This document shows positions 22,319-31,993 of a stretch of DNA of 64,000 nucleotides, piece by piece; within the stretch, counting starts at the first letter, position 1; every line of letters starts with the position of its first letter. The translations under genes and the position numbers were made by a program. Source of the DNA: an uncultured Candidatus Rokubacteria bacterium (GTDB lineage Bacteria > Methylomirabilota > Methylomirabilia > Rokubacteriales > CSP1-6); contig CAVXJS010000022.1 in the NCBI GenBank assembly GCA_963762145.1, positions 1 to 64,000 on the forward strand, written 5' to 3'. Under the pieces are notes generated by a model. That model searched no databases. It saw only the letters and a list, made by a program, of their open reading frames with translations, and was not told the origin of the DNA.

Positions 22319-22993
22319 CTAGAGCAGCGCCTGGAAGAACCCGAGCGTCCGCTGGCGAGCCAGGTCGGCGCTCGGCTTGTGGAAGCTGCCTCGCTCGTCG
22401 CAGCTGAAGCCGTGGCCGGCCGGGTAGGTGTGCAGCGGCACTTCCGGATGCGCGGCGCGGATCCGGGCCCAGTGCTCGGGCGGAATCGCCTGGTCGGTCT
22501 CGCCGAAGTGCAACAGCACGGGGCAGCGCGGCGTCTCACTCGCGGTCTCCGCGATGCCGCCGCCGTAGTAGCCCACCGCGGCCTTGACCCCGTCGATGCG
22601 CGTGCACGCGAGCCACGCGAGCGTGCCGCCCAGGCAGTAGCCCACCACGCCGACGCTCTGGCCCTCGGCCTTGAGGGACTCCACCGCGGCCCGCACGTCG
22701 CGCATCATATCGGCGATGTCCACCTTGCCGCGGATCGACCGGCCCCGCTCGATGTCGTCGGCGGTGTAGCCGAGCGTGATGCCGGGCTCCACGCGGTCGA
22801 AGATCGCGGGCGCCAGCGCGAGGTACCCGTCGGCCGCGAAGCGGTCGCACATGCTCTGGATGTGGTGGTTGACCCCGAAGATCTCCTGCACGACCACGAG
22901 CCCGCCTTTCGGCGTCCCGCTCGGGGCCGCGCGATAGGCCGACAGCCGGTGTCCGTCTTCAGCGGTGAGATTGATCATGGAACCCATCGTCAC
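22319..22993 (-). CDS. Dienelactone hydrolase family protein
   Basis: QEIFGVN, GYCLGG, HFGETD, AGHGF. Confidence 0.92.
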   Translation of the reverse strand: MTMGSMINLTAEDGHRLSAYRAAPSGTPKGGLVVVQEIFGVNHHIQSMCDRFAADGYLALAPAIFDRVEPGITLGYTADDIERGRSIRGKVDIADMMRDVRAAVESLKAEGQSVGVVGYCLGGTLAWLACTRIDGVKAAVGYYGGGIAETASETPRCPVLLHFGETDQAIPPEHWARIRAAHPEVPLHTYPAGHGFSCDERGSFHKPSADLARQRTLGFFQALL

Positions 22994-23017
22994 GCTCCTT
23001 GTCAGGTTGAACGGCGA

Positions 23018-23875
23018 TCACAGCAGCGGCCGCGCCAGCACCACCAGGCGCGGCAGGTCAGGCTCGGGGCCTTTCAACAGCACCGTCGCGGCGGCGGTGA
23101 CGTGAGCGCCCGCGCGCTCCAGCAGCCGACAGGCCGCGCGCGCGGTGCCCCCGGTGGCGATCACGTCGTCCACCAGCAGCGCGCGACGACCGTCCAGCAG
23201 CGGCCAGTCCAGCGGATCCAGCACCAGCGCCTGCGCGCCCGCGGTGGTGATGCTGCTGGCCTCCTCCACCAGCGGCGCGCGCGGATGACGCGGCATGTAG
23301 TTCTTGACGCCTTTCCTCAGCACCACGTAGCGGTCCTGGCCGAAGCACTCGACCATCACCTGCACCATGCCGACCGCCTTCGACTCCGAGCAGACCACCA
23401 CGTCGAAGACCTCGCCGAGCGCGACGCCCTCGTCCATCAGCCCGCGATAGAGCAGATCGCCGCACGCCTGGTTCAGCCGCGCCTGGCCCAGCAGATTGAA
23501 CGAGGCGATGTAGCGGCGCGAGCCGTGCAGCCGGGTGATGGGCCGGTCGGTGGTGAGGGCGCCGCTGCCGATGCGTATCTCGTACCAGCCGATCACGTCG
23601 CCGGGCTCGCTCTGTCCCGCGGGCGACGGCGCCCCGTCCGCCCGCTCCCAGCCCTCGGTCTCCGCGAGCGCGGTGGCCAGGCCCCGGGCCGCGGCGAGAT
23701 CGCCGCCCTCGAGGGTGCTGAGGCACTCGACCTGCGCCTGCCGCAGGCGCACGCGCGCCTCGTCGTCCACCGCCGCGCGCGGCAGGACCGCCGCGCGGCG
23801 CTTGCCGCCGGCGGGCGCGAGCGCCGCGATCGCGGTCGCGGCGTCCGGGTAGGCTCCGACGATGACGGTGGTCAC
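23018..23875 (-). CDS. Type I phosphoribosyltransferase (APRT-like) with N-terminal extension
   Basis: LLVDDVIATGGT PRPP loop, ESKA, YVVLRKGVKNYM. Confidence 0.8.
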   Translation of the reverse strand: MTTVIVGAYPDAATAIAALAPAGGKRRAAVLPRAAVDDEARVRLRQAQVECLSTLEGGDLAAARGLATALAETEGWERADGAPSPAGQSEPGDVIGWYEIRIGSGALTTDRPITRLHGSRRYIASFNLLGQARLNQACGDLLYRGLMDEGVALGEVFDVVVCSESKAVGMVQVMVECFGQDRYVVLRKGVKNYMPRHPRAPLVEEASSITTAGAQALVLDPLDWPLLDGRRALLVDDVIATGGTARAACRLLERAGAHVTAAATVLLKGPEPDLPRLVVLARPLL

Positions 23876-23882
23876 CGACCGC

Positions 23883-24350
23883 TCAGAGCTCGTCGACCGC
23901 GCGGAGCACGTCGGCGGCGTGGCCGTCCACCTTCACGTTGTCCCAGCGTCGCATCACCTTGCCGTCGGGGCCGATGAGGTAGGTCATCCGCGCGACCCCC
24001 ATGTACGTGCGCCCGTAAAGGCTCTTCTTCTGCCACGCTCCGAAGCGGTCGGCCACCTCGTGGTCCGGATCGGCGAGCAGCGGGAAGTTGAGCTTGTGCT
24101 TGCGGGCGAACTTGGCCTTGCTCGCCGTGTCCAGCACGCTCACCCCGACGACGGCCGCCTTGTCCTTCTTGAAGTCGGGCAGCGCGTCGCGGAAGGCGCA
24201 GGCCTCCTTGGTGCAGCCGGGCGTGTCATCTTTCGGGTAGAAGTAGACGATGACCGGCCGACCGGCGTAGTCCTTCAGCCGGTGCGTCCGGCCTTCCTGA
24301 TCCGGCAGCGAGAACGCGGGCGCCTTGCGTCCCGGCTCGACGAGCGGCAT
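23883..24350 (-). CDS. bcp: BCP/PrxQ peroxiredoxin
   Basis: YFYPKDDTPGCTKEAC, VKVDGHA. Confidence 0.93.
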   Translation of the reverse strand: MPLVEPGRKAPAFSLPDQEGRTHRLKDYAGRPVIVYFYPKDDTPGCTKEACAFRDALPDFKKDKAAVVGVSVLDTASKAKFARKHKLNFPLLADPDHEVADRFGAWQKKSLYGRTYMGVARMTYLIGPDGKVMRRWDNVKVDGHAADVLRAVDEL

Positions 24351-24437
24351 CCGAGACCTCCTGGTCGGCGACGATAGAAGAAGCCGGCGCCCGACCGCGC
24401 GCCGGGCGCCCATCCTACTACCCGGCGGGCGGGCGCG

Positions 24438-25340
24438 CTACCGGCCCGACAGCCGCCGGCCGATGCGCTTCTCTACCACGTGGGTCACCGCCGAGAAGTC
24501 CTCGCGCCCCCAACCGCTGTCCACCGCCTCGTCGTAGGTGCGCTTGGTCTCTTCCAGCATCGGCGCGGGCACCTGGACCGACCGGGCGAGGGCCAGCGCG
24601 AGCATCGCATCCTTCCGCATCAGCTCGAGCATGAAGGTCGGCGAGAACTCACCGTCGAAGATACGCTTGGCGCGCCGGTCGAAGTAGGTGCCGTACGCCA
24701 TGCCGCCGCCGCTGCGGACCACGTCGTAGAACGTGCTCGGATCCACCCCGGACTGCACGCAGACCGCGAGCGCCTCGGCCACCGCCACCGAGGTGACCGC
24801 GGCGAGCCCGTTGTGGATCAGCTTCACGCGATTGGCCATGCTCGGGCCGCCCACGTACATGTGCATCTTGCCCATGATCTCGAGGTAGGGCGCGATGGTC
24901 GGCAGCCGGGTCTTCTCGCCGCCCACGATGAAGAAGATCTGCCCCTCCACCGCCTGCGGCTGCGAGCCGAGCATCGGCGTGTCCATGTGATCCACCCCGC
25001 GGCCCTTGAGCGCGGCGTGTATCGCGGTCGTCACCTCCGGGCTGACCGTCGAGCAGTCGCAGGTGATCAGGCCCGCGCGTGCCGCGGAGGCGATGCCGCC
25101 CGGCCCCAGGTAGACCTCGCGCACGATCGTGTCGTTGGGCAGACAGGTGAAGATCACGGCCGCCTGCGCCGCCACCTCGCCGACCGAGCCGGCCGCGATG
25201 GCGCCCGGCAGCTTCGCGGCCGCCTCCCGCGCGGCCGGGCTCGCGTCGTGTGCCACCAGCGGCACGCCGCCCTTCGCCAGGTTCGTGGCCATCGGCATGC
25301 CCATCGTGCCCAGCCCGATGAATCCGACTCGGTCAGCCAT
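24438..25340 (-). CDS. 3-hydroxyisobutyrate/tartronate-semialdehyde-reductase-family NAD(P) oxidoreductase
   Basis: VGFIGLGTMGMPMA, DCSTVSP, VKLIHN. Confidence 0.88.
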   Translation of the reverse strand: MADRVGFIGLGTMGMPMATNLAKGGVPLVAHDASPAAREAAAKLPGAIAAGSVGEVAAQAAVIFTCLPNDTIVREVYLGPGGIASAARAGLITCDCSTVSPEVTTAIHAALKGRGVDHMDTPMLGSQPQAVEGQIFFIVGGEKTRLPTIAPYLEIMGKMHMYVGGPSMANRVKLIHNGLAAVTSVAVAEALAVCVQSGVDPSTFYDVVRSGGGMAYGTYFDRRAKRIFDGEFSPTFMLELMRKDAMLALALARSVQVPAPMLEETKRTYDEAVDSGWGREDFSAVTHVVEKRIGRRLSGR

Positions 25341-25372
25341 GATCGCTCCTCGACATTCTCGCCGCGGTCCCG

Positions 25373-27205
25373 TCAGGGGCGCGGGCCATAGTGGGGCAAC
25401 GCCTGTCCGAGCTCGCAACAGCCAAGATCTGGAGCCCGGCCCACGAACCCGTCGTTGAAGTTGGGCAGCGCGACGCCGGCGTCGACCGCCCGGGAGGCCG
25501 AGCCGAGGCGCAGGTCGGTACCCCCGCCGGGGAACCGGGTGCTCGTGTCCCGGGGCGCCCCCAGCCCACTCGCGAAGCTGCCTCGCGCGTCGACCAGCAC
25601 CGCGCCGTAGCGACGGTAGAGCGCGCCGGAGCGCCGCGCCGCCTCCGCGGTGGGAAACGCCCGTCCGTTCCACTCCGCGAAGACGTGAAATACCGCGAAC
25701 AGGGAGCCGGGATCACCGGGCCCCCCGTAGCCGTCGCGATCGAAGTCGCAGCGGATCATGGCGCCCGTCGATCGCAGAGCCGGCCCCCGGGTGCCCACGA
25801 AGAGATTGTTGCGGGTCACGACGTCGTTGACCGTCTCGCCGCCCGGCTCGATATGCCAGGGGATGCCGCTCGCGATGGACGTGTTGTGGAAGATCAGCAC
25901 GCCAGAGGTGTCGTTGTGCAGCTTGAACGGCGTGTGGAGCACATTGTAGATCGCGTTGCGGAATACGTAGAGCGGGCCCCCGTGCGCGGGCTGGGCGCTT
26001 ATCGCGGAGAACGCGTTGGTGATGCGGTTGCGAAAGACGCGGACGTTGGTGTCGGAATAGTCGGCCTCGATCCCGTCGTCGGTGGCCACCTCGATGTCGT
26101 TGTTGTAAAAGTCGCTTGCGGAGAGCCGCCCGTGTCCGGTCCCGTGGATCCCGTCGCCAAGATCGCTCATACGGTTATACGCCACCACGTGTCCGGCGCC
26201 GGTGATGGACACTCCGTGAGCCGACTCGATGCCCCGAGCGCGGGGCCAGGTGGTGAGGCCTTGAAACACGTTGTCGGTGATGACGAATCCGCGGGACTCG
26301 GCGTAGCCGCCATTGATCGCGGCGATCCCGGCCTCCACGACCTCGAGCCGGCAGCGCCGCACCACGAAGTGAGAGCCGGAATGCCCGACGAAGAGGTACC
26401 GAGCCCGGCGCAGCGTGAGGTGCTCCAGCCAGACGTGCTGGACGCCGTTCGCACTGACCAGCCGCTCGCGCCCATCCCCGTCGAGGATCGCCTCCCCATC
26501 GCCGGCGCCCCGGTAGATGATGGGCCGCTCGACAGTGCCGTGACGGTCGATGGTCCACGTGCCCTCGCGGTACACGCCCGCGTGCAAGAGGAAGAGATCC
26601 CCCGGCATTGCACCGGCCTGCGCGATCCGCAGCCCCCGAAAAGGATCCGTCGCGGTGCCGGTTCCTGCGCCGCGATCCGCCACGTCCGCCGGCACGACGT
26701 GCCGCACGCGCATGCCGGCCGGCTCGCGGGGTTCGGCGCCGGTCTTCATGAGCAGCGTCCGCTGTACGCTGCCACCGTCTGGATCGATCAGGGCGAGCGC
26801 CACCTCGTAGGCGGTGTCGGGAGCGAGATCCACGATACTCCCGGCGAAGAGCCATCCGCCGGGGACTCGATTGTCGTCGGAGACGGACTTGGGATCGGTC
26901 CGGAAGAGCGGCAGCGCCTCCCGCCACGCGGTCTCGCCGGCGTGTCGATAGCGCACCTCGATCATCGCGTCTGAATTGGCGTCCCCGCGCACCGCCCAGC
27001 GAACGCCCAACGAATGGAAGGTGGCGGGCTCGGCCAGGGGCTCGCCCGGCTCGGACGCGTTGTCCGCGGCGGCCCGAGCGGAAGGGCCAGGGATTGACTC
27101 CACGCCGGTGGACATCGCTCCTCCGCAGGCGCTGAGCACCGCCATCGCCAGCGCGGCCAGCGCTCGATACGTCCTGCGGCAGCCCCGCCCACCCGGCGGC
27201 GGCAT
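25373..27205 (-). CDS. Putative lipoprotein with Fn3-like and right-handed beta-helix (pectin-lyase-like) domains
   Basis: Lipobox VLSAC; FAGSIVDLAPDTAYEV; DDGIEAD, RVFRNRITN, YVFRNAIYN; GRAPDLGCCE. Confidence 0.75.
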   Translation of the reverse strand: MPPPGGRGCRRTYRALAALAMAVLSACGGAMSTGVESIPGPSARAAADNASEPGEPLAEPATFHSLGVRWAVRGDANSDAMIEVRYRHAGETAWREALPLFRTDPKSVSDDNRVPGGWLFAGSIVDLAPDTAYEVALALIDPDGGSVQRTLLMKTGAEPREPAGMRVRHVVPADVADRGAGTGTATDPFRGLRIAQAGAMPGDLFLLHAGVYREGTWTIDRHGTVERPIIYRGAGDGEAILDGDGRERLVSANGVQHVWLEHLTLRRARYLFVGHSGSHFVVRRCRLEVVEAGIAAINGGYAESRGFVITDNVFQGLTTWPRARGIESAHGVSITGAGHVVAYNRMSDLGDGIHGTGHGRLSASDFYNNDIEVATDDGIEADYSDTNVRVFRNRITNAFSAISAQPAHGGPLYVFRNAIYNVLHTPFKLHNDTSGVLIFHNTSIASGIPWHIEPGGETVNDVVTRNNLFVGTRGPALRSTGAMIRCDFDRDGYGGPGDPGSLFAVFHVFAEWNGRAFPTAEAARRSGALYRRYGAVLVDARGSFASGLGAPRDTSTRFPGGGTDLRLGSASRAVDAGVALPNFNDGFVGRAPDLGCCELGQALPHYGPRP

Positions 27206-27207
27206 CA

Positions 27208-27693
27208 CTACGGAAGACTGGTCGCCCGGCCGACCGAAGCGTCGCCGCGCACCGGGTGCCGGACGCCGCTCATCAGCAGCGCCGAGCCCGCGCCGGTGTC
27301 GGACAGGAACGGCGCGAGCTGCTGGACCGCGACGCGGCCGAAGCGGGCCCGGAAGGCGCCGCCGCGCACCCGGCAGTAGAGCAGGTCGCGCTCGGTCTCG
27401 AGCGTCCGCGGATCGAGCGGCTCGCGGTAGTCGCCGGGAAAGCACAGCTCCGCCGCCTGGAGCACCCCGTCCTCGACGGCCAGCCGCAGCCGCTGGATCA
27501 CGAACGGGGTGTCCGGCGCCTCGAACCAGTTCCGCTCGCCCTGACAGAGCACGAGGCAGCCCCCGTCGTCCGTTCTGGTCATCGCGCGCAGGAAGAAGCG
27601 CAGGACCGCCGGGTCCACGATCTCGGTACCGTCGTGGAAGATCCGCCCGTCGCGGTCCACCTGGTACCGGTACTCGCGGACGGGCTCCACCAT
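27208..27693 (-). CDS. DUF1285-like protein
   Basis: VDRDGRIFHDGTEI, DTPFVI, LYCRVRGGAFRARF. Confidence 0.65.
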   Translation of the reverse strand: MVEPVREYRYQVDRDGRIFHDGTEIVDPAVLRFFLRAMTRTDDGGCLVLCQGERNWFEAPDTPFVIQRLRLAVEDGVLQAAELCFPGDYREPLDPRTLETERDLLYCRVRGGAFRARFGRVAVQQLAPFLSDTGAGSALLMSGVRHPVRGDASVGRATSLP

Positions 27694-28985
27694 CAGGCAC
27701 CCGCCACCGGGACCGATGGCCGGCGATCCACGCGACGGGCGAGCAGGCCCCGGGCCTCCGCGGCGCGCCCCGTGCGGAGATAAGCGGCGAGCAGGGTGTG
27801 CTCGAAGAGATCGCGCTGCGCCCAGCTTCCCCCCACGCGGACGAGCTGATCGACCAGCGGCGCGAGCCCGCGGATCACGTCCTCGTACCGATGCTCCGCG
27901 AACGCGAGCATCGCCTCCGCCACGGCGGGCACGACCTCCCCCGCGGGCACCCGGCCCTGCGCCACGCCCTCGCGGAGCAGGGCCACCCAGCGCACCAGCC
28001 CCTCGGCATCGCCGGCGGCGGCGAGCGCCACCGCGCAGTGCACGTCCGCGAAGGAGATGCCGATCGCGGGAAACGACGCGCGCGCGTGCTCGGCGACCGC
28101 GCTCCACGCCTCCGGTCCGCGCGGCGCGCCCGCGAGCTCGCGGCGCCACAGGAGCGAGGCGGCGTCCACCAGGGTCGAGAACGGGGCGCATCGGGACGCG
28201 CCCGGCCGGATATCGGCGTCGTAGAGTGCGAGCGCCGCGTCGGGACAGCCCTGCCCCAGCTCGAACACCGCCCGGTGCCACGAGAGATGGCAATGGAGCG
28301 AGCCCGTCTTCGGATACTCGGGCAGCCAGTCCGTGACGAACGCCGCCCCGGCGCGATCGTCCCCCTTCTCGTAGCACACGTGGGCCCAGGCGTGGGCGGC
28401 GTGGGCATTGCGGGGCGCGAGCGTGAGCGAGCGCTCGATGAGCGGCGCGCCCGCCTTCCAGCCGAGCGCCTCCGTGCGAGCGAAGCCGTGCGCGCCCAGG
28501 AACCACCAGTCGTCTCCATATACGGGCGCGACCGACTCCAGCAGCGCCAGCATGGCCTCGTTGCGGTCCTGCCGCCCGCTGAACCCGATGAGCCCGTAGA
28601 TGCCGTTGGCCGCGCCGAGCGCCATGACGTCCCGTGGGAACTCGGCGAGGTGCTCCTGAATGAGGGCCAGCGCGCGCGCGCCCTGGCCGGAGACGGCGAG
28701 CCCCAGCGCCTCGACCTGCTGCCGCTCGCGCCGATCGAGGGGGGCGCCGAGCTCGCGCGCCCGCGCGGCGGCCGCCTGCGCGAGGGCGCCGCGGCCCAGG
28801 AGCTGAAGGCTCCGAGCCCGGCCGATATGGGCCAGGGCGAAGCCGGGATCGGCGGCCACCGCCTGATCGAAGCACTCCTCCGGTGCGGCCTGGGCGGCGA
28901 GAAACCGGTCCACGCCCTCCACGTAGGCCTGCGCCGCGACCGCGGAGGACGTCGAGAGGGAGAGGCCGTAGCGGTCCCGGATCAT
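27693..28985 (-). CDS. TPR protein of the TTC38-like family
   Basis: NAHAAHAWAHVCYE, HLSWH, DAASLLWR, VGGSWAQRDLFE. Confidence 0.8.
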   Translation of the reverse strand: MIRDRYGLSLSTSSAVAAQAYVEGVDRFLAAQAAPEECFDQAVAADPGFALAHIGRARSLQLLGRGALAQAAAARARELGAPLDRRERQQVEALGLAVSGQGARALALIQEHLAEFPRDVMALGAANGIYGLIGFSGRQDRNEAMLALLESVAPVYGDDWWFLGAHGFARTEALGWKAGAPLIERSLTLAPRNAHAAHAWAHVCYEKGDDRAGAAFVTDWLPEYPKTGSLHCHLSWHRAVFELGQGCPDAALALYDADIRPGASRCAPFSTLVDAASLLWRRELAGAPRGPEAWSAVAEHARASFPAIGISFADVHCAVALAAAGDAEGLVRWVALLREGVAQGRVPAGEVVPAVAEAMLAFAEHRYEDVIRGLAPLVDQLVRVGGSWAQRDLFEHTLLAAYLRTGRAAEARGLLARRVDRRPSVPVAGA

Positions 28986-29070
28986 CGGCTGGCGCGGGGT
29001 GTCGACATCGCCCCGAGCCTATCCCCAGCCGAGGCCGGCGGCAACCGCCGGAACGCGCGGGGCGGAGCGG

Positions 29071-30099
29071 CTAGGCGGGAATCGCGACGCGCTTCAGGAT
29101 GCCGAGCTGATCGAGGATCATGCCGGCGCCGCGGGCGACACACGTGAGCGGATCCTCGGTCACGCGGATGCTGAGCCCGGTCTCCTGGTGCATGAGCTCG
29201 TCCAGCCCGCGCAGGAGCGCGCCGCCGCCGGTGAGCACGATGCCGTTGTCGCTGATGTCGGCGGCCAGCTCGGGCGGGGTGTGCTCGAGGCACGCGCGCA
29301 CCGCGGTGATGATGTCGGCGACCGGCTCCCGCAGGGCCTCGCGGACTTCCAATGCGGTGATCACGACCGTCTTGGGTAGGCCGTCGAGCAGATCGCGACC
29401 CTGCACCTCCATCGGCTCATGGTCGTCGCCCTTGGGATAGGCCGAGCCCAGACGAATCTTGGCGTCCTCGGCGCGGCGCTCTCCGACGAGCAGATCGTAG
29501 GCGCGGCGGAGGTAGTGGATGATCGCCTGGTTCATCTCGTCGCCCGCGATGCGCAGCGACTCCGAGTAGACGATCCCGCACAGTGACATGACCGCGACCT
29601 CGGTGGTGCCGCCGCCGACGTCCACGATCATGCTCGCCCCGGGCTGCTCCACCGGCAAGCCCGCGCCGAGCGCCGCCGCCATGGACGCCTGCACGAGATA
29701 GACCTCGCGCGCGCCGGCCTGCTGCGCCGCGTCCCGGACGGCCCGCCGCTCGACCTGGGTGATGCCCGCGGGGGTGATGATCACGAGGCGCGGCTGCACG
29801 AAGCTCCAGCGGCGGCGGGTCTTGTTGATGAAGTAGCGGAACATCTTCTGGGTGCGATCGAAGTCGGCGATGACGCCGTGACGGAGGGGCCGGACGACCT
29901 GGACCGACCCCGGGGCCCGCCCGAGCATGGCCTTGGCGTCGTTCCCCACCGCCTGGACGGCCCCGCTCATGTCGACCGCCACCACGGACGGCTCGTCGAG
30001 GACCACGCCCTGGCCCCGGACGTAGAGCCGGGTGTTGGACGTGCCCAGGTCAACCGCCAGATCGCTCGAGAACACCCGCCCCAGCCCGCCAAGGTTCAT
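29071..30099 (-). CDS. mreB: MreB/Mbl-like actin homolog (divergent paralog)
   Basis: DLGTSNT, RPLRHGVIADF, DVGGGTTEVAV, PPELAADI, LTGGGALLRG. Confidence 0.88.
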   Translation of the reverse strand: MNLGGLGRVFSSDLAVDLGTSNTRLYVRGQGVVLDEPSVVAVDMSGAVQAVGNDAKAMLGRAPGSVQVVRPLRHGVIADFDRTQKMFRYFINKTRRRWSFVQPRLVIITPAGITQVERRAVRDAAQQAGAREVYLVQASMAAALGAGLPVEQPGASMIVDVGGGTTEVAVMSLCGIVYSESLRIAGDEMNQAIIHYLRRAYDLLVGERRAEDAKIRLGSAYPKGDDHEPMEVQGRDLLDGLPKTVVITALEVREALREPVADIITAVRACLEHTPPELAADISDNGIVLTGGGALLRGLDELMHQETGLSIRVTEDPLTCVARGAGMILDQLGILKRVAIPA

Positions 30100-30182
30100 T
30101 CGCTCGTGGCCCTCCCGCCAGGTCTCCGGAGGAGTTCAAAAACTGGACCACGATCGACGCCAGTTAAATCAAGATCTTACGA

Positions 30183-31148
30183 TCATCCCTGGGTGTCCGG
30201 GTGACGGTGGCTGTCATCGGATGGCGCCTCGCGCGGCAGTGGAGCGGGGGCCTGCATCATGAGCAACGAGAAGGGCTTGCCGGCGTCGCCGACCTGGACC
30301 ACTCGCGGCGCGGGAAACTCGACGCCCTCGGCCACGAAGGCCAGAAGGAGGCGGCGCCGGTACTCGCGGCCAACGCTCCACTGCTGGATGGGTACCGTCT
30401 TGAGGCGGGCCTTGATCACCACGGTCGAGTCCTTGAAAGCGTCCACCCCGAAGATCTCGATGGGCTCGATGATCAACGGCCCGTGGGTGGGATCCCGACG
30501 CAGCTCCTCGAACACGCGCCGCATGAGCGCGACGATCCGATCGGGATCCTCCTGGTAGCCGACCTCCACGTCCACCACGTAGCCCGACCAGTCCTTGGTC
30601 ATGTTGGCGAGGGTGGTCACGCTGCCGTTCGGGAAGATGTGCACGGTGCCCGCGAGGTCGCGCAGCACGATGGTGCGGAAGGTCACGGTCTCCACGAGGC
30701 CGCCGGTGCCGTTGACCACCGCCACGTCGCCCACCCGCACCTGGTCCTCGAGCACGAGAAAGAAGCCGGCGATGACGTCGCGCACCAGATGCTGCGCGCC
30801 AAAGCCCACCGCGAGGCCGACGATGCCCGCGCCGGCCAGGATGGGCCGCACGTCGTAGCCGAGCTGCGAGAGACAGATGACGACCACCACGGACCAGAGC
30901 CCGACCAGCGCCAGGGTTCGCAGCACGCTGGTGAGCGTCGTCACCCGCGAGCGGGTCACCCCGGGTAGCGCGCCGGTCCGTTCGCCCGCCACGACGAGGA
31001 CGTGCTCGAGGTGATCGACCAGCGTGCGCAGGACGCGCGCGCCGAAGTACCCGGCGACCAGGACCAGAACTACCCGACCGGCGGTCTGCGCGGCGGTGCC
31101 GGCCAGGCCGATCAGCAGGGCCCGGAGATCGGTCGTGAAAAAATCCAT
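30183..31148 (-). CDS. Small-conductance mechanosensitive channel (YbiO-like)
   Basis: LAGAGIVGLAVGFGAQ, EDQVRVGD, HIFPNG. Confidence 0.9.
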   Translation of the reverse strand: MDFFTTDLRALLIGLAGTAAQTAGRVVLVLVAGYFGARVLRTLVDHLEHVLVVAGERTGALPGVTRSRVTTLTSVLRTLALVGLWSVVVVICLSQLGYDVRPILAGAGIVGLAVGFGAQHLVRDVIAGFFLVLEDQVRVGDVAVVNGTGGLVETVTFRTIVLRDLAGTVHIFPNGSVTTLANMTKDWSGYVVDVEVGYQEDPDRIVALMRRVFEELRRDPTHGPLIIEPIEIFGVDAFKDSTVVIKARLKTVPIQQWSVGREYRRRLLLAFVAEGVEFPAPRVVQVGDAGKPFSLLMMQAPAPLPREAPSDDSHRHPDTQG

Positions 31149-31176
31149 CGCGTTGCCTCCTAGGTACCGGGTGGCA

Positions 31177-31917
31177 TCAGGCGCACCGCTGCGCGAGCTG
31201 GATGCCGAGGCGGGCGCCCGCCTCCTCCAGGCCCGCCAGCTCACGCTCGCTCGAGAGCTCGATTGCGCGCGGACCCTCCGCCGCGGTCGGATCGACGTCC
31301 ACGAGAATTCGTATCGGCGAATCGGGCCAGCGGAACGTGAGCCCGCCGGCCGGTCCATCCAGGACATCGGCCATGAGAATGTCGCGCCACTGTGTGAGCG
31401 CCCGCGCCCTCGAGTGCGCGTTCATGCGGAGGGCCACGATGCCCACGGACGGCGGAGCGTCCGGCCGCCCCGGTGGGAGCTCGACCGGATCTCGCTCGGG
31501 CGCCGGCCGCCCAGCCTCCGCGAGCTGAACCACGATGCCGAGAGCCTGCTTGGGATGAAGGAAGGCTTCCTTCCACGATGGATCGGACTCGTCGCGACCC
31601 ACGATGCCGTAGCCCTGATGCTGGGCCCGCCGGCAGGCCGCGTCGAGGTCCGGCACCTTGAACGTGACGTGATGGACACCGGGGCCGTGGGCGGCCAGGA
31701 ACCGGTGGACGAAGCCGTCCGCGCCCAGGGGCTCCAGGATCTCGATGCGGCCCCCGCCCGCGTAGGTCCAGCTCGCCCACCGGAACACCCCGGAGGGCTG
31801 GATCCGCTCCGGGACGCCGCCCAGCACCGCCACCAGGACGGATGGGGCATCGGCGATGCGGGGCAAGGCAATCGCGATATGATCGAGCCGGATCGAGGGC
31901 ATCGGCAGCCGTTCCAT
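31177..31917 (-). CDS. VOC/glyoxalase (methylmalonyl-CoA epimerase-like) protein with C-terminal extension
   Basis: LDHIAIA, IEILEP, GPGVHHVTFKV, EAFLHPK. Confidence 0.8.
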   Translation of the reverse strand: MERLPMPSIRLDHIAIALPRIADAPSVLVAVLGGVPERIQPSGVFRWASWTYAGGGRIEILEPLGADGFVHRFLAAHGPGVHHVTFKVPDLDAACRRAQHQGYGIVGRDESDPSWKEAFLHPKQALGIVVQLAEAGRPAPERDPVELPPGRPDAPPSVGIVALRMNAHSRARALTQWRDILMADVLDGPAGGLTFRWPDSPIRILVDVDPTAAEGPRAIELSSERELAGLEEAGARLGIQLAQRCA

Positions 31918-31993
31918 CTTACTCTTGGAAGCCGGTCCGACCCGAGCATCGCCGGACCCGGTCGTACCATCTAAACGGCGGGAGGACAGAGCC

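Noticed and set aside
22379-29147. Very long antisense or alternate-frame ORFs (e.g. 22379-23977, 25391-26974, 26976-29147)
   Set aside because: Arg/Pro/Ala-rich shadow ORFs expected at this GC content; recognisable genes occupy the opposite strand.
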